Below are positions 25,849 through 32,000 of a stretch of DNA of 32,000 bases, in pieces (within the stretch, counting starts at the first letter, position 1; each line of letters opens with the position of its first letter). Source of the stretch: Paracoccus suum (GTDB taxonomy: Bacteria; Pseudomonadota; Alphaproteobacteria; Rhodobacterales; Rhodobacteraceae); the NCBI RefSeq assembly GCF_003324675.1, contig NZ_CP030918.1:1380001-1412000 (forward strand), read 5' to 3'. The position numbers and the translations under genes were made by a program. The notes beneath the pieces are model-generated. The model was given only the letters and a program-made list of their open reading frames with translations. It made no database searches and had not been told where the DNA came from.

Positions 25849-26424
25849 ATGTTCTATAAGGACGACAGGCTGGCGTTGTTCATCGACGGTGCCAGCCTTC
25901 ATTCCGCCTCCAGGGCGCTGGGATTCGAGATCGACTTTCGCCTCGTCCGGCAGGAGTTCGAGCGGCGCGGGCGGCTGGTGCGCGCCAACTATTACACCGT
26001 GCTGATGGAGACCGAGGATTATTCGCCGGTCCGGCCGTTGGTCGACTGGCTGGCGTACAACGGCTTCAACGTGGTGACCAAGACGGCGCGCGAATTCACC
26101 GACGCGGCTGGCCGCAAGCGCATCAAGGGCAACATGGATGTCGACCTGGTGGTCGACGCCATCGATCTGGCGCCACGGATCGACCATGCGGTGCTGCTGT
26201 CAGGCGACGGCGCGCTGCTGCCGCTGGTCACGGCGCTGCAACGGCGCGGGGTCCGCGTCTCGGTCGTCTCGACCACCCGCAGCCAACCATCGATGATTGC
26301 TGACGAAATGCGCCGCCAGGCCGACAACTTCATCGAGTTGGATGCATTGCGCGAGGTCATCGGCCGGCCGGCGCGTGAGCCGCGCGAGGGTGACCGTGCC
26401 GACTCTGCCCCCGTCGAGGCCTGA
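25849..26424 (+). CDS. NYN-domain (LabA/DUF88-like) protein, putative RNase
   Basis: 191 aa from the ATG at 25849 (SD gaaagggaag). LALFIDGASLHSA..., KGNMDVDLVVDA and HAVLLSGDGALLPLV match the NYN/LabA acidic-residue pattern. Confidence 0.8.
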   Translation: MFYKDDRLALFIDGASLHSASRALGFEIDFRLVRQEFERRGRLVRANYYTVLMETEDYSPVRPLVDWLAYNGFNVVTKTAREFTDAAGRKRIKGNMDVDLVVDAIDLAPRIDHAVLLSGDGALLPLVTALQRRGVRVSVVSTTRSQPSMIADEMRRQADNFIELDALREVIGRPAREPREGDRADSAPVEA

Positions 26425-26471
26425 GGTCCGGCATTCTGGACGCCGCGCCTGCGTCGGGGTAGGGCAGGGAC

Positions 26472-27425
26472 ATGAGTGACAAGCCGCCCCTGACCCTGTT
26501 CCTGGCCGCGCCGCGCGGGTTCTGCGCCGGCGTTGACCGTGCGATTCGCATTGTCGAGCTGGCGCTCGAGAAATGGGGCGCGCCGGTCTATGTGCGTCAC
26601 GAGATCGTGCACAACCGCTTTGTCGTCGACCGCCTGCGCGATCTGGGCGCGGTCTTCATCGAGGAGCTGGGAGAGGCCCCGGACGACAGGCCGGTGATCT
26701 TTTCGGCCCATGGCGTGCCCAAGTCAGTGCCGGCCGAGGCGCGGCGCCGCAACCTGGTCCACGTCGACGCCACCTGCCCGCTGGTCAGCAAGGTCCATAT
26801 GGAGGCCGCGCGCCATGCCGAGGCGGGCCTCCAGATGGTCATGGTCGGCCACGCGGGACACCCCGAGGTGATCGGGACCATGGGCCAGTTGCCCCCCGGC
26901 GAGGTCCTGCTGGTCGAGACCGTCGAGGATGTTGCCAACCTGGCGCCGACCGACCCGACGCGCCTCGCGTGGATCACGCAGACCACATTGTCGGTGGACG
27001 ACACGGCCGAGATCGTCGCCGCGCTTCAGACGCGGTTTCCCGGGATCGTCGGGCCGGGCAAGGATGACATCTGCTACGCCACCACCAACCGCCAGGCGGC
27101 GGTCAAGGCCATCGCCGGCCGGATCGATGCGCTACTGGTGATCGGCGCGCCGAACAGCAGCAACTCGCGCCGGCTGGTCGAGGTCGGGCGCGCAGCCGGC
27201 TGCAACTACGCGCAACTGGTCCAGCGGGCGACGGACATCGACTGGCGCGCCCTGCAGGGTATTCAAGCCGTCGGCGTGACCGCGGGGGCGAGCGCCCCCG
27301 AGGTGCTGGTTAACGAGGTCGTCGACGCATTTCGCGAGCGCTACGCAGTCAGCGTCGAGCTGGTCGAGACAGCGCAGGAAGCCGTGGAATTCAAGGTGCC
27401 GCGCGCACTGCGCGAGCCTGCATGA
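26472..27425 (+). CDS. ispH: 4-hydroxy-3-methylbut-2-enyl diphosphate reductase
   Basis: 317 aa. [28 protein letters not shown] and NSSNS motifs of IspH/LytB, with three conserved Cys. Confidence 0.95.
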   Translation: MSDKPPLTLFLAAPRGFCAGVDRAIRIVELALEKWGAPVYVRHEIVHNRFVVDRLRDLGAVFIEELGEAPDDRPVIFSAHGVPKSVPAEARRRNLVHVDATCPLVSKVHMEAARHAEAGLQMVMVGHAGHPEVIGTMGQLPPGEVLLVETVEDVANLAPTDPTRLAWITQTTLSVDDTAEIVAALQTRFPGIVGPGKDDICYATTNRQAAVKAIAGRIDALLVIGAPNSSNSRRLVEVGRAAGCNYAQLVQRATDIDWRALQGIQAVGVTAGASAPEVLVNEVVDAFRERYAVSVELVETAQEAVEFKVPRALREPA

Positions 27426-27522
27426 CCCGGCGCCCGCGCTGGGGCGAGACAGACTGAAGGTCGCGGTGGGGGCGCTCGTCGCGTCACTACGGCCGGAAAT
27501 TGGCTTCATATCGGGGACGGAC

Positions 27523-28128
27523 ATGAAACTCTGGTCGATGCCCTCGTCGGGCAACAGCTACAAGGTGCGGCTGGCGCTGGCGTTGCTGGGACGGGAGGCG
27601 GAGCTTGTGGATATCGAGGCCGGCTCGCCCGAGATCGTGGTTGCGCACGCGACCGGGCGGCTGCCCTTTGGCAAGGCACCCGTACCGGAATTGCCGGGCG
27701 GTGACATCCTACCCGAATCCAACGCCATCCTGAAGTGGCTGGGCGAGGGCAGCGCGTTGGTGCCATCGGATCCGGATGACCGTGCCATGATGCTGGCCTG
27801 GATGTTCTGGGAGCAGAACCAGCACGAGGGCACGATCGCCGTACGCGGCGCGCTGCGCCACTACCCCGACCGGCGCCACCTTGCGACGCCAGAACGGATG
27901 GCGGAACTGCTGGACCGGGGCCACGCCGCGCTCGCGGTGATGGAAAAGCGCCTCGCCGAACATGAATGGCTGGTGGGCAGCAGCGTGAGCCTCGCGGACA
28001 TTTGCCTTTACGCCTACACGGACAGCGCAGACAGCCGCGGCGGCTTTGACATGGCCCGCTACCCTGGCATCACCCGTTGGTTGGACCGGATCGCCGGATT
28101 GCCCGGCTATATCGGGATTGACGCATGA
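27523..28128 (+). CDS. Glutathione S-transferase family protein
   Basis: 201 aa from the ATG at 27523. [23 protein letters not shown] is a thioredoxin-like N-domain, ESNAIL.WL is the G-site motif, and the C-domain is helical ([10 protein letters not shown]). Confidence 0.8.
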   Translation: MKLWSMPSSGNSYKVRLALALLGREAELVDIEAGSPEIVVAHATGRLPFGKAPVPELPGGDILPESNAILKWLGEGSALVPSDPDDRAMMLAWMFWEQNQHEGTIAVRGALRHYPDRRHLATPERMAELLDRGHAALAVMEKRLAEHEWLVGSSVSLADICLYAYTDSADSRGGFDMARYPGITRWLDRIAGLPGYIGIDA

Positions 28129-28610
28129 CAGCCGCCGCCGACGTCACGGCTGGCACGACGCTGCACGCGTGGACCGATGGCGCCTGCAGCGGCAACCCGG
28201 GGCCGGGCGGCTGGGGCGTGCTTATGCGCGCCATGGACGGCGCCCGGGTGGTTCGCGCGCGGGAGTTGTCGGGCGGCGAGGCCATGACCACAAACAACCG
28301 GATGGAGTTGATGGCCGCCATCGCGGCGCTGGAGGCGCTGAGCCGGCCCTCGGCAATTACTGTCACCACCGACAGCATCTACGTGAAGAATGGCGTGACA
28401 GCCTGGATTCACGGCTGGAAGCGCAACGGCTGGCGGACCGCCGACCGCAAGCCGGTCAAGAATGACGACCTGTGGCGGCGGCTGGACGAGGCCGCCGCCC
28501 GGCATCAGGTCACTTGGACCTGGATCAAGGGTCACGCCGGCCACCCCGAAAACGAGCGCGCTGACGAGCTTGCCCGCGCCGGGATGGCGCCGTTCAAGGC
28601 TGCCCGGTGA
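28125..28610 (+). CDS. rnhA: Ribonuclease HI
   Basis: 161 aa. [23 protein letters not shown] and the D..Y...G segment, then [16 protein letters not shown], which covers the DEDD catalytic pattern of RNase HI. ATGA overlap with the GST stop. Confidence 0.93.
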   Translation: MTAAADVTAGTTLHAWTDGACSGNPGPGGWGVLMRAMDGARVVRARELSGGEAMTTNNRMELMAAIAALEALSRPSAITVTTDSIYVKNGVTAWIHGWKRNGWRTADRKPVKNDDLWRRLDEAAARHQVTWTWIKGHAGHPENERADELARAGMAPFKAAR

Positions 28611-29254
28611 TTGCCGGAACGCAACTCTCGGCGCTGGTGTGGACGCTGGACTATGCCTCGGTGCTGGTGTTCGCGCTCAGCGGCGCGCTGGCCGCCAGCC
28701 GGGCGCAGCTGGATCTGGTCGGCTTCGTCTTTATCGCCGCGCTGACCGCGGTCGGCGGTGGCACCGTGCGCGATCTGGTGCTGGCCCGCGACCCGGTATT
28801 CTGGGTCGCGCAGCCCGGTCTGGTGCTGCTGGCCGCGGCGGGCGCCTTTGTGGTGTTCTGGACCGCGCACAGACTGGAAAGTCGCTACCGGGTCCTTCTG
28901 TGGCTCGACGCCGCGGCACTGGCCGTCGCGGTGCCGGCCGGGGTGGGCGTCGCGCTCGGCGGCGGGTTCGGGCCTGTGATCATCATGATTGCCGGCGTCG
29001 TGACAGGCTGCATGGGGGGGCTGATGCGCGACGTTGTGTGCAACGAGGTGCCGCTGGTGCTGAAGCAGGGCGAGCTCTACGTCACCGCCGCGCTGGGCGG
29101 CGCGGTTGCCGCGGTGCTGGCGATCGCCGTGGGATTGCCGCGCACCGAGGCCTTGGTCCTGTGCGGCACCGTGGCCTTCGTGCTGCGCGCCGGCAGCATG
29201 CGCTGGGGCTGGCAACTGCTCGTCTACCGTCCAAGGCCGCCACGCCAGAGGTAG
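28607..29254 (+). CDS. UPF0126 / trimeric intracellular cation channel-like (YadS/YicG family) membrane protein
   Basis: 215 aa with about 7 TM segments and two internal repeats, each carrying a glycine motif (GGGTVRD, MGGLMRD). GTGA overlap with the rnhA stop (GTG start). Confidence 0.8.
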   Translation: MIAGTQLSALVWTLDYASVLVFALSGALAASRAQLDLVGFVFIAALTAVGGGTVRDLVLARDPVFWVAQPGLVLLAAAGAFVVFWTAHRLESRYRVLLWLDAAALAVAVPAGVGVALGGGFGPVIIMIAGVVTGCMGGLMRDVVCNEVPLVLKQGELYVTAALGGAVAAVLAIAVGLPRTEALVLCGTVAFVLRAGSMRWGWQLLVYRPRPPRQR

Positions 29255-29261
29255 TGCGCCA

Positions 29262-30554
29262 TCATTTGCCGGGGAATGACATCGGCAGCGGCACGACCTC
29301 GCCCAAGCCCGACGGGGGACTGGGGTCAAGTCGAAAGGTATCCGGTGTGCCCAAGTCGGCAATCGGCGGTTCGGACGAGATGGAATGGTTCACCTGAGGC
29401 GCCGTGGCTTGCAGCGTGACATCGGCGGTGAAGCTGCCAAAGGCGACCGCGTCAAAGGCATCACTCGGATCGGCGGAAACGCCCGAGCCGGCGCTGGCCC
29501 CTACAGCCGCGGCGTCGGGCAGCGCACCTATCGCGCCCGCCGCCACGGAATCGCTTCTTAGCCGGACGGCATAGAACCCGTCTGCCTCGCCCAGCCGCCC
29601 GCTGCTGAGGGCCTGTCCTGTTGCGGTCTCGATCTGGACGGCATCCAACGCGGCACGCGGCAGGTTGAGGATTGCGCCCGGCCGCAGCGCCCGCAACTCG
29701 CGCAGAGTGATGGATCTCCGGCACAGGATCGCTGCCAGGGGTACAGGTGCCTGCGCCACTGCGCTGGCCAGGTTCTGGCGTGGCGTGGGCAGGCTGACCG
29801 CCCCACTGCCGGCGGGAGGGGACAGCGCGGGCGCGTTGTCGGCAACTCGCGCGTTTTCCACGATAGGAGCGCCCGGCACGGCCAGAAAGATCTGGCCTGT
29901 CCGCTCGCCCCCGGCGCCGAGGCGCAGGGTTATGTCCAGCGCATGAAAACCTCCGTCCTCCAGCATGAGGGCGAGGGGCCGGGGATCGTCGAGGTAGCTT
30001 GCATAGCGAAAGTCGCACAACGCCTCGCCCAGCGGCCGGCTGGCGAGGGAAGCGCCCAGTTCCGCCAGCAAAGCGTTCACGAAATCCGCCGCAATGGCGG
30101 CGTCGGTGCGCGTTGCCCGGCGGGGCGCGGCGGCGCGGGCAGAGATCCGGCCAATTGCCTGCATCTCGATCAGCGATGCGATCATCGCCGGGCAGAGCGC
30201 GATCACGCCGAGCCGCTCGGCTGGACCCTCGATCACCGCGATCAGCGCGCCCTCGGGCAGCAATTCCGACAGTTCCGCGAGTGTAATGCTTCTGACGGTC
30301 ACCGTCTCTGCGCTCGCCTGAAGGCCGCTGGCCCGCGCGGCGGCGCGGCCGCTCGCGAGGGCTACGACGCGTTCCAGCGAGGGCGGCAGGGCGGGCGCCA
30401 ACGGCGCGGGCTGGACGACCGCCCCAGGCAAAACGCCAGCCGCGATCAACCGGGCCCGCAGAACGCCCCCGACGCGCCCATGCGCCGCGTCCGCCTTGCG
30501 TCCCTCCGGCATTGCGGTGTCGGCAGGCTGCGCCGTATCTGCACTGGCGTCCAT
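29262..30554 (-). CDS. FliM/FliN-like protein (CheC-like middle domain plus SpoA domain) with disordered tails; orphan
   Basis: 430 aa. Residues around 85-230 follow the FliM middle-domain pattern (VTVRSITLAELSELLPEGALIAV.EGP...GVIAL...IASLIEMQ...RRATRTDAAIAADFVNALL). Residues around 265-335 follow the SpoA/FliN pattern (LAAILCRRSITLRELRALRPGAILNLPRAALDAVQIETATGQALSSGRLGEADGFYAVRL). SD-like aaggggcgga precedes the ATG at 30554. The call is by motif pattern only. Confidence 0.6.
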   Translation of the reverse strand: MDASADTAQPADTAMPEGRKADAAHGRVGGVLRARLIAAGVLPGAVVQPAPLAPALPPSLERVVALASGRAAARASGLQASAETVTVRSITLAELSELLPEGALIAVIEGPAERLGVIALCPAMIASLIEMQAIGRISARAAAPRRATRTDAAIAADFVNALLAELGASLASRPLGEALCDFRYASYLDDPRPLALMLEDGGFHALDITLRLGAGGERTGQIFLAVPGAPIVENARVADNAPALSPPAGSGAVSLPTPRQNLASAVAQAPVPLAAILCRRSITLRELRALRPGAILNLPRAALDAVQIETATGQALSSGRLGEADGFYAVRLRSDSVAAGAIGALPDAAAVGASAGSGVSADPSDAFDAVAFGSFTADVTLQATAPQVNHSISSEPPIADLGTPDTFRLDPSPPSGLGEVVPLPMSFPGK

Positions 30555-30663
30555 CTGCCGTCGTCCGCCCCTTTTGACACCGATTCGACCGTCTCTACCT
30601 CGCTCTCATACCTGGATCAGGTTGACGAAACCCTAATCCGGCAGCATTTGCTGCTCTTGGTTC

Positions 30664-30718
30664 TTGAAACTTGTGCGCGCTCGGCGCATCTGTCACCGGC
30701 CCCGCAGTTTGGCGGGGC
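30664..30718 (+). promoter_or_regulatory. Candidate infA promoter (TTGAAA-N17-CATCTG) and 5'UTR hairpin
   Basis: TTGAAA at 30664-30669, a 17-nt spacer, and CATCTG at 30687-30692. A 7-bp GC hairpin gccccgc-agtttg-gcggggc at 30699-30718 ends 9 nt before the GGAG SD of infA. Confidence 0.25.
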
Positions 30719-30736
30719 GGATTAAACGGAGTGACC

Positions 30737-30955
30737 ATGGCCAAGGAAGAAATGCTCGAATTCCCAGGCGTCGTGAAGGAACTCTTGCCGAATGCGACAT
30801 TCCGGGTCGAGCTTGAGAACGGCCATGAGATCATCGCGCATATGGCGGGAAAGATGCGCAAGAACCGCATCCGCGTTCTGGCCGGCGACAAGGTGCAGGT
30901 CGAAATGAACACCTATGATCTGACCAAGGGACGGATCAACTATCGCTTCAAGTGA
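30737..30955 (+). CDS. infA: Translation initiation factor IF-1
   Basis: 72 aa. [53 protein letters not shown] is near-invariant IF-1. GGAG SD at 30728-30731. ORF-track start 30671 trimmed. Confidence 0.96.
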   Translation: MAKEEMLEFPGVVKELLPNATFRVELENGHEIIAHMAGKMRKNRIRVLAGDKVQVEMNTYDLTKGRINYRFK

Positions 30956-30968
30956 TCGTCCGACCCCC

Positions 30969-31547
30969 GTGCCGCGCCTGATTCTCGCCTCGGCCAGCCC
31001 CCGGCGCCTTGCGCTGCTGGCGCAGATCGGACTTGTCCCCGACCTTGTGATTGCCACTGACATCGACGAGGCCCCCCGCCCCGGCGAGCCTGCGCGCGAC
31101 TGCGCGCTGCGGCTTGCGGCCGGAAAGGCGGCGGTCGTCGATGCGGGCCCGGACGACGTTGTCCTTGCTGCCGATACTATCGTCTCTGCGGGACGCCGCA
31201 TCCTGGGAAAACCCGAGGACGCGGCCGAGGCCGAGGCCTTTTTGCGTCTGTTGTCGGGCCGTCGGCACCGCGTCGCGACCGCCGTTGCCGTGCGGCGCGG
31301 CGCGCGGGAATCGCTGCGCCTCGTGGAGACGACGGTGCGCTTTCGGCCCCTGACGCGGACCGAAATCGAGGATTACATCGCCTGCGGCGAGTGGCAGGGG
31401 AAGGCCGGCGGCTACGCAATCCAGGGCCGTGCTGCGGCCTTTGCGCCATGGCTGCAGGGATCGTTTACCGGCGTGGTCGGTTTGCCGCTGGCCGAAACGG
31501 CGGCCATGTTGAGGGCGGCCGGCATTCGACCGCGGGGGGACGCATGA
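30969..31547 (+). CDS. maf: Maf-like nucleoside triphosphate pyrophosphatase
   Basis: 192 aa with a GTG start. [22 protein letters not shown] and GAYAIQG-like (GGYAIQG) motifs. Confidence 0.9.
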   Translation: MPRLILASASPRRLALLAQIGLVPDLVIATDIDEAPRPGEPARDCALRLAAGKAAVVDAGPDDVVLAADTIVSAGRRILGKPEDAAEAEAFLRLLSGRRHRVATAVAVRRGARESLRLVETTVRFRPLTRTEIEDYIACGEWQGKAGGYAIQGRAAAFAPWLQGSFTGVVGLPLAETAAMLRAAGIRPRGDA

Positions 31548-32000
31548 AGGGCAGACAAGTCGTTCTGGGCCAGTTGTTCGGGGCCGAGGCCGCGGCGCTG
31601 ATGGTCGACGGCCAACTGGAGGACCTTCTGGTCGATTCATCGGCTCTGGTCCCGTTGGCGCCCGGAGCAATCTGCCGCGGCATCGCCGACAGGCCGATGA
31701 AGGGGCAGGGCGGTCTGTTTCTGCGCCTGCCGGGCGGGGCCAGCGGGTTCCTGCGCGATCGCAGCGGCATCGCGCCGGGCCAGCCGGTGCTGGTGCAGAT
31801 CGCCGGCATCCCCGAGTCCGGCAAGGCGATTCCGGTGACCGCGCGCCTCTTGTTCCGCGGCCGCGCCGGTATCGTGACCCCCGATGCGCCGGGCGTGAAC
31901 GTCTCGCGCCGCATCCGCGACGAAGAGGCGCGCGTCGCCCTGACGGCGATGGGAGAGGCCGCGCTGTCCGGTTGCGATCCCCGCACCGGCATGGTTATCC
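31544..32000 (+). CDS. rng: RNase E/G family ribonuclease, N-terminal part (3' end outside window)
   Basis: Frame open from the ATG at 31544 (ATGA overlap with the maf stop) to the window end. [31 protein letters not shown]...[22 protein letters not shown] resembles the S1-like N-terminus of the alphaproteobacterial Rne/Rng proteins that follow maf. This ORF is not in the supplied track because it has no stop inside the window. Confidence 0.75.
   Translation, partial: MKGRQVVLGQLFGAEAAALMVDGQLEDLLVDSSALVPLAPGAICRGIADRPMKGQGGLFLRLPGGASGFLRDRSGIAPGQPVLVQIAGIPESGKAIPVTARLLFRGRAGIVTPDAPGVNVSRRIRDEEARVALTAMGEAALSGCDPRTGMVI

Overview
High-GC alphaproteobacterial core-chromosome window. The Rhodobacterales-like assignment is inferred from gene order and protein features, not from a search. 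About 33 tightly packed protein genes are almost all recognisable housekeeping functions.

Gene content in order:
- cdsA(partial)-dxr-rseP-bamA-skp envelope cluster
- a nucleoside hydrolase
- an ABC-F ATPase coupled to a family III CoA-transferase
- rplU-rpmA and a GNAT acetyltransferase
- a lipoprotein, a 2-hydroxyacid dehydrogenase and the complete minus-strand elongasome operon mreB-mreC-mreD-mrdA-rodA
- a rhodanese
- leuA, then a frameshifted DUF2062 gene
- rpoZ-spoT(rsh), folK and a divergent NYN-domain gene
- ispH, GST, rnhA and a UPF0126/TRIC-like membrane protein
- an orphan FliM/FliN-like gene
- infA-maf-rng(partial)

Several ORF-track entries were trimmed to internal starts that have Shine-Dalgarno (SD) support or 4-nt ATGA overlaps with the upstream gene. 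I see no rRNA, tRNA, CRISPR array, transposase, integrase, phage gene or recognisable defence or toxin-antitoxin module. I do not find a convincing new multi-gene system.

The items most worth follow-up are:
1. A Leu-codon leader sORF upstream of leuA. Its Leu codons are complementary to the leuA ribosome-binding region.
2. An isolated FliM-like (CheC-like middle domain plus SpoA) gene far from any flagellar or T3SS context.
3. A 1-nt frameshift in a C5-A-C5 tract that splits the DUF2062 gene between spoT and leuA.
4. A Skp/OmpH homologue with a roughly 160-aa repetitive Pro/Ala/Gly tail, located at an apparent synteny break.

The many long antisense ORFs in the track are treated as high-GC artefacts.
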